Below, in pieces: positions 51,607 through 64,000 of a DNA stretch of 64,000 nucleotides. Numbering within the stretch: the stretch's first letter is position 1; every line of letters starts with the position of its first letter. This DNA comes from Phoronis australis. Its lineage: Eukaryota > Animalia > Phoronida. Location: NCBI GenBank assembly GCA_002633005.1, contig NMRA01000410.1:213977-277976 (forward strand). The letters run 5' to 3'. The position numbers and the translations under genes are program-made. Below the pieces are notes generated by a model. The model made no database searches. It saw only the letters and a program-made list of their open reading frames with translations, and was not told where the DNA came from.

Positions 51607-53450
51607 ATTTGCTCACAAAGAGATCAGCCCCGCTCCCACTCATTGTTTCTAACCGTTCCTTTCCCTTCCCGGCCTTAATATCTCAGTGATTTACGTACTG
51701 CACGTCCCATCAGCCACGAAATTTAAAATAAAATCTTCTCTCTGATCACGCACGTTTGGTCGTCTCATGGTTTCAAATTTGACTTTTATAGTAAGAAACC
51801 TTTGCTGCAATCGGAAGATTTGTAACATGTGGCCAAGTATTATGGATTAGTCTTCATAATAGTCAGATATTATATCCTGGAACCAGCAGCGTAAAAATGA
51901 GCAGTTGCAGATTTGGGCAACTGAACGAAGGACTGTTCGAAACTGAAAATAGTGATTGTTTTCGCTTCAGCCCAGCTCCCACACATCATATTCTTGGTCT
52001 GCTCGCAGTTCAGTACTTTCTCTCCCTAATTGGGGCATATACTGAAAAAGCAAGATTTTCCTTGCCGCGCGCTTCTCAGGTCGAGCCCCAAACTTAAACA
52101 TCTGCTTGTTGAACAAAGTTGATATATCGCCAATTGCAGGTATCATGTCTGCTTATCCCAATCCCTTGATGCGTGTCGGGGGAACCGTTGAATAATGACG
52201 AGACAGGTTTTCAAGGACGTGAAGTCATTTTTTTATGGCTTGAACATTCTTCACATTAAATTTAGACTTTTAAAAAAACTAAACGGGGTCAGTTTCCACG
52301 GGGTTATTATTTAATGCTACGCTAGCTTGGTAGGGTAAATTTCCACTCGTTTTCGAGAGGGAAATTTTGTATTTTGGGTATAGAACAGGTGCGCAATTCA
52401 GTCGTACAGTTTTGATATTTTGGTTATTATGCACTTTACTTTTTGCGCAAATTTTGAGTCAAAAAACAAAGAGTTCGTACGCAAGCAGTGCAAATCTACA
52501 GAATTTCCAATGTGATCTTCGTCATAAGCATAGATTTTGTCGGAATTTGTTGTTTTGATACAACAGAGAACACCTGATTTTGGAATAAATATTAAGAAAT
52601 GAGTTTTTAAAGCAGAATATATTTCAATTGAGAATACATTATTCACTTAGATGTACTGATTTGGATGGCTGGCAGGTAACTCGGGCATGCAGATGTTGTT
52701 TTTCAGAACAAGTAAAACCCATATGAATGTCATTAATACCAAATACTTACAAAAGTACAAACGGCATCATCATTGGATAACAGCATATGCTGGTCAGAAA
52801 TGATTTTTTATGTTCTCAATCACCCAAGACTGTGGTGGAAACAACGCATGGTCGCTCACCTTAAACTATGGTGGCAGGACATTAAAAAATTAGTGGCAGC
52901 ATCACTAAACTCCATGGCCGAGCCAAAAAACCCATATCTCAATGGCAGGACCAAGAAACTCAACTCTTTGGTTGCAAGCATAACTCTGCAAGCCCCTGGA
53001 TTTTCTGACTGATGCCGTAAGGCTCCCACTGTTTTACGCCATTTTTGTCCTGAGTAGCATTCTCCAATGTGGTGTCATATTGAGAGCGTGAGCTTCGTGT
53101 ATGAGTGGCGCGCGCCCGGTCTAGGTGATGTCTATGTTGGCAACATTTATCTTTTCGCTACGGTTTTATGATGTGCAAAATATTTGAAAGCGTTGACATC
53201 TGTTATTTTACATCGCCATTTTATGACTTCAAAAGCGCACGCACACAGCAATCCTCGACCCCTCTAAGTATTACGTACAGTCTGTATGCTCGTGTGAAAA
53301 TGGCGATATTTGTGACGGGTTGCTAAGGTTGTTGTAAATGTCGTCATTTATTGACCCCCACGGTAAGCCCGTCACTAGGCCTGCCCTAAGGATAGGACCG
53401 CGTGATACCAATTTCTTGTGACCCCCCACTGTATTTTGAATCGTAGAAAC

Positions 53451-53724
53451 CATGGACGCAAGTAAAAAGGGCTCGGGAGGATCGAACGAGCCCCACAATT
53501 TGACGAATTGGGCAAAAAGGTCCGCTTCAATGAAACAAAAAGTCCAAGCAAACAAGACAAATGTCCACAAAGTGCACAGGAATCCGGCGCCGATGCACAA
53601 TTTTCAGGTCTGAAGCTAGTGGCCCCGTTTTGTTTTAGTCCTCGTTTATTTTTTCAGTAAACGGTCCGCATACCGAAAAATTCGAGCCCTCCCCCCTATA
53701 TTTTACTAGGCTGGGTGCGCGCAT
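53451..53724 (+). mobile_element. MITE, CATGCGCGCACCC family
   Basis: Right end ctgggtgcgcgcatg and the shared core. Confidence 0.65.
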
Positions 53725-53848
53725 GGAAAACGGACAACTTTGAGAGCATTTTGTTAACGTAAATCAGCTGATTTCAAGCTGCACTTATTAATAATGCCCC
53801 TCCTATTGTTTTATGAATCAATTTCGTGTTTTATCATATTTTTTACAG

Positions 53849-53953
53849 ACCACAATGGCGCCTGAGGTTACAACCAGCGGTTCTCAGGAAGCTCTGGCTC
53901 ATATCTACATGATTGCCGGCCTGCTTCTTGGAGCATGGGCGTTACGACAGTAA
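53849..53953 (+). CDS. Gene B exon 2: Thr/Ser-rich segment plus GPI-anchor-type signal
   Basis: Acceptor ttttttacag|ACC. Translates TTMAPEVTTSGSQEALAHIYMIAGLLLGAWALRQ*. The upstream intron end and the 3' UTR align with gene A. Confidence 0.8.
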   Translation, partial: TTMAPEVTTSGSQEALAHIYMIAGLLLGAWALRQ

Positions 53954-54789
53954 AGTTGGCATGCGCAGGACCGAACGGTAACTGTATTTTGGTCACTGTT
54001 ATGTCAGCAGCCCCACCAGGGATGCGTTTCGTAGAAATTTTTCTAGCCAGAAGAGCAAGATCACACAAATCCACGCAAAATTATCACTCAAGCTTCGTGA
54101 GTTTACTCGAAACCTTTTTACGGTAACCTCGCAAAATGGCAGGCACTGAAGCAATTGGTCGGAATGTTGAGGTATGGGATAGAGTTCATAAAGTATATGA
54201 CATAACCCGCTTTTTCTTTTCCATAAGAGAAGATGTGATGCAGGTCAAAAGTATGGCTAATGTCTTAGGTCGACACGTCTATGTATGAAACGACCCCTGG
54301 TGAGAGAGAAAGGGAAACGTAAAGAGAGAGGGGGAATGAAAGGTTTCATTTCCCTGAAACATCTACAAATAACATAAAAAAGCATAACCAAGAAGTAAAT
54401 GAGATCAGGATGAGAATGTTTCCACCAAATAGCTGTTTTCTATGAAGGCAGCCTATTTGAGTATATGTATATAAATATGTGTAACTTAGTTCTGTATTAT
54501 AGTTAACTAAAACAAAAGTGGGTAAAAATGTTGGGAGATACGGTCATCAGTACAGAAAGTTTTCGTAAATAACGTAAAAAAATTAAGTATTGGGCAAACA
54601 AAATCACTTATAACGATCATACAGATGTAACAGATATTCGCATAACAATTTTCGCTATCTTGGCCAATAATGTATTTTTACATTATTCGTTAAAGGCCGT
54701 GGAAAGACTGGGTTAGCCAATACTCCGTTCTTAAGATTTGCTTTATAGAATAAGACTTGTTACGAATATTTTCCATACATTTATCTGAC

Positions 54790-56400
54790 AAATAACATTA
54801 TATATTAATGGTGGTGTGTGGAATTCAATGCATTTTCGTGTTTGCTTCTTATTCGAATAAGGATAGGGACTATTGGGCGGATTATGGGTAGGAGTAAATT
54901 AACTTCCGGGAGGTGACGTGGTACACTGTATGTTCTATTTTGTTGGCTTGTAGTGATAGAACCTGATGGCTTCATTACAAAGGTTTGAAAATAGTGTAGC
55001 ACCATATTATTGGTATATGTATAATAAAATTTCAAACAGCTTAACATATAAAAATAGCATAAAAAAGTAGCACATCAATTTGTCTACAGAGAGGTCGGGT
55101 ATGGGCAAAAGCCCTTGGATTTGCGATGTTTTTGATTGCTTTTTAACTGGATGACTTTCAAGCAGTGTACAGGATTAAAACCTCAACAGCACACTCCATA
55201 GTTGAGATGAGAAAGTAATGTTAAGTAAGAGATGATTTTTAGAATAAGTGTAAGGGTAAAGTGTTTCATTTAAGTTATGATACCACATGTTTGAGGCATT
55301 TATTAGTGAGAGCATGAACTTGAGTATTTCGAAATAAGTTCCTGTCAACTGTTACACCTAAGAAATTGAGGTCACCCTTTCACGGTCTGTACTCATACTG
55401 AAAAATCAATAATCAAGAGAGATTTTGGTCTTGGCGAGGATGCACCTGCGTTTCCTTTTGATAGCGTCGCACTCAATTGAGAGGACGCTGTTTAGTTTTA
55501 ATTTTGGAATTTAACCATCAATGATTTTTTTGTGAAAAGGGAAAGAACATACAATTTGTCTTTGTTTTGTTTTGTTTAAGTTATTTTTTACATACGAGCC
55601 ATGTACTCAGCTCCTCCAATGACTTGCAATTTACGGAGGAACTCGATGAATCTTTCTTTCCAAATATTAGAACAGGTATATCAATATGGAACCTTGTGGG
55701 ACACCCACTGTTGACTGATGCCTATTTTGTTTTATCTTTGAGGTAATTATAAACTCACATTTGGCTTACATTATTGATGATATAGAAATATTATATTACT
55801 TTTTGGAGAAGGTTTAAGTGGTCTATTGTGTCAAAAGCATTTAATTTATTTAAGTAAACAAATATGGATATAAAGTTTAAGGTAAAACAGACTTTGTAAA
55901 CAAGTTAAATGCTGAAGTCTAAAACAGAATTGATGCATATCAACAGAATGCTATTTTCAGGGTATTCATATAACTGTTGTTGAACTTTTGACAGTATTTT
56001 TGGAATTGTAGGAAGTGAAAAAATATGTCTATATTTACTCATGGTATTCATATCTAAGAGATGGTCATTAATTTTGATATTTTTGAAGGGTCAGGCACGA
56101 AGTCTGTAAGCAGTGGTCGATTTATTATCTCAGTCAGTGGCTTGGCTAGGCTACTGACACAGGTATTGACAATGAAGCAAGATAATACGTCATTAATATC
56201 AGTACTACATTACATGTCTTACTGGTACTGTTTGCTTTCATCTTTGTCACGGTCGGCGATAATGTGGGATTGAAATGTTGTTATGTTTTATCTGAAAGTA
56301 TTTTTGAAACTTCAGGTATTATTTGAATTCACTGTGGGTGCAGTTGGACCTCCTATGTTAATAAAGTATTCATTAAATTCGTTCACAGTCAGTTAATGGT
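54790..56400 (-). mobile_element. Highly degenerate CR1/L2-type LINE
   Basis: KYRHIFSLPTIPKIL (NYRPISLL box), AFDTID, VGVPQGSIL. Confidence 0.7.
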
Positions 56401-58462
56401 GCACTAGACAGTTTTTGTCTTTGTCCAAAGAAATTATAAAATCGAACAATAGTGTTGGCCGCACCTTGTGTGTCAGATACATATTTTTCCTATTGCGATA
56501 CAGAGTTGGCGGTTCATGTTTTGTAATGTATGGTTTCATAACATCAAATTAGAAATGACATCAAAAAAGTTGAAACCGCCTTTTGTTTTGATTTTTCTAC
56601 CATCAGATTAAATCAATGTAAAAAATAAAAAAGGCAGACCTTGAAATTTAAAATTTGTTGTAGAAGTATTGTGTTTTATTTTAAAGATACCATAGATAGA
56701 CACGCATCTTTAGTTCGCGCTCGTTTCCGAATAATTTAAAATAAGTGGCTTAAGGCTTATTTCTTTCATGTTCACAAAATTGGCTTTCTCATTCAATAAA
56801 TTGACAGTGTTGAAGTATTCGCCTCAAAAAATACAGTCAAATTATTTATAATTTTTAAATTTGTAACTGTTGTTGCTGAAATACATAGACTATGAGCGAG
56901 ATAAGTATTTCAGTGTTTTAGTTCGCGCATGGAAGTCAGAAACTACAGCTTATGGCTCTCCTGAACAATTATTCTATAGTTTTTTTAGATTTGGTACAAA
57001 TACCCACATCACGGTTGAAAAAGCAAAAAGTCAAACTCAGTGTAGAAATTTGAAAGCGGTGCGGGCACACCAGACATCGAAAGGAAGAGTAGGGTATTTT
57101 TTTCTTTTAACGTAGACACGTCTGCTTACGAAATCTTAATTCATATTTAAAGAAATTTGAAAACGCCTACCCTAAACAAAGTTCATCGTCTCAGTAAAAA
57201 TGATTTTTGTGTAATCTGACATTTACGATAAAGAAGTAATGCACATTTCACGGCTTGCCCTCAGAAGATAAGTAAATATATCTGATATGCAGCATTTTCT
57301 TAATAAATGCTTTATTGTTGTGTTAGAAAGCAAACGGGCACTTTTGATATGATGTTCAAAAACACGTTTGTTGATTTAGTGCGTTGGCCGCTCCAAACCT
57401 CTGCTTAAAGATTATGGTGTTTGTTAAGCAAGCGCCCTAAAAGAACATCAAACAAAGAGTTTTGAATGACTACAGAACTGAACGGTTTATTGTGTTCTTT
57501 TGCAGGTGCCTCAAAGTTACGCGCGACCTCAGCAACTATGAAGAACTTATTCTGATGTTCTGGAAATGACGTCGTGACGATAAAGGGAACCGCTGTTTAC
57601 GCCGTTTCAATAAGCCTGCGAAATTTACTGCATGTGCTATCTTTTTTATACAGAATGGCATGTTATTAAGCAACGTAGATAGTATTGATAATTTTAAGTT
57701 TTATAAACGCGTGTTGAATCACAATTAGTAAGACTACACTATAATTAGTTTTTTTCAAGTCGTTATCTTTATATATTGGTTGACATACAACTAAATGAAA
57801 ATTAAGTACATGCAACAATGCGGAAATTTTATTCACCCTGTTCCCTATATTTCATTTCTATTTCCATCTTGAAGTTTGAAAGGTTTATAACCAAGGGAAT
57901 TTTAGTTGAATATATGTAATAACTTGCTAGTTGAGGGTCTTTGTTTATTTCTGTTGAATTTGTTTTAAGTTTTAATTTCATGTAGGATCCTAGAAAAATG
58001 TCTAGTTTCGGCTAACTTCGGACCATAGCAGCTCAGAAATGGCTGATCGGATTCACATTATACTATTTTTAATACACTGTTTACCAAAGCGATAGTCGGA
58101 ATTGTTTTCAAAATAATCCACTTTTGCACGAAGCGCTATCAAAATTATGATTTTTTATGAAAAAATAAAGTTGCAAAAATGAAAACGAAATGATAACTTA
58201 GAAAACTGTAACAGAATTTTTGAAATTTTACCTGGAATATTGAATCATGTGAAATTTGGTCATGTTATTGATCCTGTTGTTCTGCTAAGAATGTAGTCTT
58301 TAGCAAATTTTCAGAAATTATGTGCTTTTTCTGAGCTGAATTCTAATTCTATAGTTTTTTAGATATTTGAATGAATGTACAAACTTGTCGATAAGCGACT
58401 ATAAAACCTTAGAATATAAACGTATTTTCGTGACTTTTTATTTTGAGTTTGTCTCAATTCTT

Positions 58463-59098
58463 TTAGTTTAGAAGACGAGAAAAGAAGTCCGAACAGCTGA
58501 TGTTTTTCACCTTTTCGAGACTCGGGTTCAGAGGAGTTTGAAAAGATTTGGTCGTTCTCTTATCTTGAAGTGACACAATCGGTGACAATGAAACAAATAC
58601 GTAAAATGCACAATGTTGAACAGAATTACGCGAAGTTTTCTCAGAAAACACTCCAGCTGTTTTCAGTAACTTTTCATCAAAAACACAGGCTGGAATTAGT
58701 TTTTCTTTTGCTTTTATTTTCGAAAAATTGGCTGTATCAACGAACCCCAGCTGTTGAACCACGTGACATACAGGTACGGCCTTGCTCGCAAACCTCACTT
58801 AAAAGGGACAGCAAAACCAAATTTGGTCTATTAAGACTGAGATATTAACAACGACTTTAAAATCTTGCTCTCCGAAATAAAACAATGCTCTGTAATGCTC
58901 GTCAACAAATTTTGAAATTTCCTTACAAAGTCTGTTAAACGGGCAAGGGTGACCTGCGCATAAAGCGAGTCGAACGACCACATACCAAAATATCTTGAGC
59001 ATATTTTTGTAATAAAAAACTTGGAGTAACCAGAGCTCGAAAGTGACGTCAGCTTTATCAAGACTCAGATTTGGTGAACAGAAAATCAATTCCTGCAT
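58463..59098 (-). pseudogene. Unidentified ~210-codon reading frame with one in-frame stop
   Basis: ORFs 58799-59098 and 58463-58798 abut in the same frame. The composition is protein-like (QIWFCCPF*VRF). Confidence 0.45.
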
Positions 59099-59282
59099 AG
59101 TGATTCAGAAAAAACATAAATAAATTCCATAGTGAAGCCTTCACATTGTTTGATTAGTTAAAGTTCACTAACGTATTTAGCTTTCTGCCACGGGCTGGGA
59201 TCGAAATTCTCCATCTTTATCAGCAGCAACCACTGGCTTTGTTGCTAATACATCTACGAAGTGGGAAACGTATGGGCGTCCT

Positions 59283-59396
59283 TACTCATCAATTGATGTT
59301 TCAAAAGATTTGCCTTTTTCTACTCATCAGTTGATGTTTCAAAAGATTTGCCTTTTTCTACTCATCAATTGATGTTTCAAAAGATTTGCCTTTTTC
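59283..59396. repeat. 38-bp tandem repeat x3
   Basis: tactcatcaattgatgtttcaaaagatttgcctttttc head-to-tail, with one substitution. Confidence 0.95.
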
Positions 59397-61449
59397 GTAA
59401 GACACTGGTACATCCCACCGCACAGCAGTGGACATTTGCCGGCATTATAATAGCAGGAAAGGTGTTAAAAAGGTGTATATGCAAGTAGGATGAAACCTTC
59501 CATCCGCGTTACATAGATCTGTAGATGGCGCTGAACGCCTGTCCACCGAAGACCTGATCGCCATCTGGCAGGTTAGTGAATTTCAATATGGAGCGGCGAT
59601 TTCAAAAGTCAGCTATTGAATCCTGCATTAATCACCCAAGTGAGGAACCAATGGTCCGTTTGCAGGGGAGAGAACCTCCTTTTAAAAAGCCATGTAATTT
59701 TACACAGCGTTGATGTCCAACAACACATTTACCCTAAAAAACTACATAAGGTGACCGTTACAACTTTCAAGTTATACGGTTTTTAAAACGGATTTGGTCA
59801 TTTAGGAAAGCAAATATAGTGTAATTATGGCGAATGTCCGAGATTTTTTGCAGTATCTTTTTATGAAAGTAAGCATTTAATGAAGCAACTTCAAAATAAT
59901 AGGTAAACGCGCTTTGATTTTTACTACTGCTTCAAATAATTGTCAAGGGTTTCCTTAAAGACTGCATTACGGGGTCTCAGATTTCTCAATGGGAGACCAC
60001 TTCTTATGACGATATAGTATCAAACATAATGTGATTAATATTCTATTGACCTCAAAATCACCTCTAAAATATATACTCGTTATCACATCCTCTTGTCAAA
60101 GATTAAATATGCTGTGCACCTATGTAGGTTATTAATCCCTGAACGACATGCCACAAGGCTATAACAAACTTACATTCAACAAACACATAATCAAAGGTTT
60201 CTACAGCTCCCCAAGGTGTACATGTGTCCTCGTAATAATTTTTACTTTTAATAATTTGGAAAAAATCTTTCTATGAATGCAATAACATTTAAATGTTCTC
60301 ATATGAGGAAGTAATAATAGTTTATATGGAAGAACATAGATTTGCTTATTTTGATGTCTGGAACAATAATCAATCAAACTGTATTCTACATCAGGAGGCG
60401 AGGTAATTTTAAAAAGAATGACATTTCCTGTACGCAGAGTATCAATCTGATTTGGTGTGAAAATTTTTCTACAGTTGACCTAGAAGTCACGATATTTGGA
60501 GGCTGTAATTTGATCGTTCGTCTCAAGGCAGCATACTATATCCAATTTGACAACTTATATCTTTCCTTCAGGACTTAGAAAGGTAGAAATATAAAAGGAC
60601 TTTTCAAAAATAATGTCTGTCTCATGGAAACAGCTAATGAATATGTCGTTTTACTTCCCAAATCACCTGGTTTACAATTGCTAGGTCCTGATGCAAATAT
60701 TCAGAGATCTTTGCCATGCCTTCATAGAATACAATGGTAGAAGATGACAATATATAGTTTTAGTTCTATTTGAAGGTTAAAATAACCCCCCCCCCCACTT
60801 TTTGAAAGATTACTTTTTGTAGACATCCCATCCTGTAAACGCTTAACCCACTTCACTAAGACTTATACACAATACTGGCGTCAGGAATTGCCAAACCACC
60901 GTTTTCATGGGCATTTACATCCACTTGTTGTAACCCAACCCCACCTGTCGACCGCCAGTGAAATTAGAACACCCGTAAACACTACTTGACGTATGTTCAT
61001 TAGCTGAACTCGAGGTGTTGTGCGTGAACTTGGAAACGTGAGTGAACTTGGAATAAAGTTCTATTCCGAGTTCACGCAAGTGATCTTGAGATTAAGCAAG
61101 CGTTTGCGACATCTAGTTTGCAGCCGTTAAGTAAAATTTCGCCGTCAGTCGAACGGTGTACATGAATTCGTTTGTCGTGAGTTATTGTTACTGTTTTAAT
61201 TATATTTTATTGCCCATTCTCTATGTTTCTCTGGTGTTGGTAATTGTTTCCAAAGGTGGCTTGACTGGGATGAAATGACTGGCAACCTGGGACCTTTGCA
61301 GTGACAACAATTTGGCCTAAGAGCTAGGATACAAGGAATGACTAGTACCTACCGTACCGAGAGGGATTTTGCATTGAGCAGTTTGTCATACCCCGTTGTA
61401 CCTGCCACCTTACCTCCCCCCCCCCTTCCGCCGTGTATACGCCAGTGCT

Positions 61450-61570
61450 TAGAGTTCGCAATTTGCTCGAAATTGGTGGAAGTGTTTTGCCATAAATATC
61501 TCACTTATGACATTGTCAATCGTTGCCAGCATGGCCTTAAGCAGGGATCTGTAATCCTTTCTTATCTGAT
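61450..61570 (+). mobile_element. CR1-type LINE RT micro-fragment
   Basis: CSKLVEV..IVNRCQHGLKQG. Confidence 0.45.
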
Positions 61571-61699
61571 TAAGGAAAAAGTTCAGATAACACTTGTTGA
61601 GTAAAAGTGTTATTTTTGGCAAATAAAGTGGAAATACTAATTTAAACGTGCAATTCAATGAATATTAGTTTTTCATTGGTACATTGGTATGATGTGTGA

Positions 61700-62170
61700 T
61701 GTCACCAGGTCTAAATATTGATGGCCATCGGACAATAGTTACAGAACACAACTCCCTGAGGTTATGTTGACAGGTTTAAATGTTCTCATAGAGATGATTA
61801 GACTTTTCTGGACTACGATATTTTTGCCTTTCTCTGCTACAAACCCACTTAACAATACGCCAATGTATGTAAAGGCTTTATGATATACAGACAAAAGTGG
61901 CCCAGTGAAATAATACTGTCCATACCACTTGCTTTGACACAATATTTCACTAACCACTGCCCAGCATTCGCTGTTTGAAAAGCAACCATGCTAGAATGAG
62001 TGAGGTAAGATATGAATATGCGTCTTTGGCAGGTTGTCGACATCTCTAAGTACAGTTCATAACATTTAACAACTGGACTGAAACATACAGTAATGTTTGA
62101 TACAAATGTTCCCATGTGAGTGAGGAGCATACAGAGGTAATGACATATCAAAGTTGTGTTAATATTGGTT
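61700..62170 (-). mobile_element. Degenerate CR1/L2 LINE 3' ORF remnant
   Basis: LYIIKPL..AYC..VVQK, resembling the LY..LI.P.L.YC..W..LQK motif. Confidence 0.4.
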
Positions 62171-64000
62171 TTTCGTTATGCAAGATAGGGGATTTTCAGT
62201 TTTTTTATGCAGTTGTCATTTTCCTGGAAGGTTGTCTTCTATCAGGAAAGTGTTTGTTCCATCAACGCTTTCATTTATATGTTGTATTTAGTTGTCTATA
62301 GCATAGGCGGGGGCCCGACCCCTCCCCCCTTGACTGCCGCCAGCAAAATGAAACAGAAACAGCGTGAAGCGCGAAGAAAAAGAGAGTTCACTAACTAGGA
62401 CCGGTAGCGGATGGAGGGGTCAGCTCCCAGATTGCGGTGGAATCGTGTTCCCGTTTTTTTAGTCCACCGATAAATTTTCGGAACAGAAGGTCCGCATCCT
62501 CAGCTATCACAACTTTCGGACCCCCTGTGCATATACAATCGCGCTTTGCCCAATTCCGTGAGGCAACATGTTGGGCCGCCCCCCTTATGGTAGCCTATAT
62601 CCGCCACTGTATAGTACATAAAATACTTGAATGTGATGGGTGATCTTGTTTGAATCTGCTGACAAATAAATTATCATTGTCAAAATGTGGAGACAGAGAA
62701 TAATAGATTTTCCATTTACTTGATTTTCTTATAGATTCAACATTCAACTACTGACAATAAATCTGGATCCTTGTTCACTTTTCAAAACTCGTAAACATAT
62801 GTATGTATTTGTCACAGGTATTATGCACGTCAACATGAAAACAATTTTGTCTGTAATGCGTATTTTTGATTGAAGAGTTTTTATGTAGTATCATCGTGTT
62901 TGCATAAAAGGAATTTAAACTATTCTATTTATTTTAAACAGGTTCCAAGCAGCTTCCTGTCTTCCAGAAAGTCACGGATAAAAGGAAGAGTCCCCCAACT
63001 GACGCAGCACGTTCAAGCTACTAAATCAGGGACACACGACTGGTCTCATTGACAGCACATGTTAGTGAACATCTTTATCGCTTACACAGAATCAGTGATA
63101 ACCATTCGTGCTACTGTGCCCTTTCTGTAGGGGGTCAACAGATTACCCAAAGTTGGAGGACCCCATTTCATTGCTGTTACAGCATTTGAAGCTGCTTGCC
63201 AATGAATCACCTTAAATGCAGCATATGTCTCTCTCGGGTCTATTTAACCTAATCTGCCTGATAGATCAGTCTATATTTCTTTTATTAAATGGTTACTGAT
63301 GCTTCTTTAATGCTAAGTTTCATGTACTGACATTGTCTGCTTACTTTGTTGTCAGGGTTTATGATTTTTATGGTATCTGATTGGTCACATTACTAGATGC
63401 GTGACATCCTGCTGGCGTAAATAAAAAGTGTTATTCCACAGGGTGGTGGGTCAAAATTATCAAACTGTGTTCCAGACAATCAGAGGACAGAAGTATCAGT
63501 TGTCATGTAATGAAACAACATGAGAAACCCAAAATTTAATGTCAGGACATAAGGTTATATGGCACCTTACTGACAAATATCTACAAACTTTGGAATTCAA
63601 CTTTCTAAAACACTACTTTAATTCATGAAGGTAGAGAGTCTGTATATAATGACTTCATCTGTCATTAATTGGGTCCCTTGACCATATTTTTTATAAGATT
63701 TGGGAAAAGGGAATACATTCATAATAAAACAGTGGAGTCGATAGCATGACCAATTTTCTTTTTATATAAATGTTCAAGGTGAAATCTGAAAACTGCTGAT
63801 TTTGTTTTTTAGTAACCCTTTTCGTTTAAATCAATGTTTGAGTTTTTCATGAAATTACTAAAAGTCCCTGTTTTAAGTTAGCTAGCCCTCCCATGCCAAA
63901 GTAGATCAGTCAAAAGACAATCTCTAAAAGCCTGATGGGGAACAGTGCATAAAGTACAAGATCTGAAAGTTTTTATTGGAATCCTGTCAGCCATTTGCAA

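Noticed and set aside
56450-57075. Academ-like TAGTGTTGGCC terminus with a possible partner at ~57058-57072
   Set aside because: The right end matches only partially and no TSD or coding sequence supports it.
59283-59396. Three 38-bp repeats resembling a CRISPR repeat in length
   Set aside because: Head-to-tail with no spacers, no cas genes, eukaryotic context: a simple minisatellite.

Overview
AT-rich, intron-containing animal genomic DNA, probably from a marine invertebrate (inferred from the transposon families), with three N-gaps. Most of the window is decayed mobile DNA: a Sola3-like TTAA element, a Gypsy remnant interrupted by an RNase H-bearing LINE, two ISL2EU (THAP+YqaJ) elements, a HERO-like remnant, CR1/L2 remnants, MITEs, and a structurally complete but frameshifted Ngaro tyrosine-recombinase retrotransposon. 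Two observations stand out. (1) A divergently oriented pair of paralogous two-exon genes, absent from the ORF track, encodes 71- and 79-aa precursors: signal peptide, short Ser/Thr-rich core with N-glycosylation sequons, and a GPI-type C-terminal signal. This is the CD24/CD52 architecture. (2) The Ngaro element carries its SGNH hydrolase ORF upstream of gag, inside an apparent GT-AG intron whose acceptor lies one base before the gag ATG. All calls were made by eye; no database searches were run.
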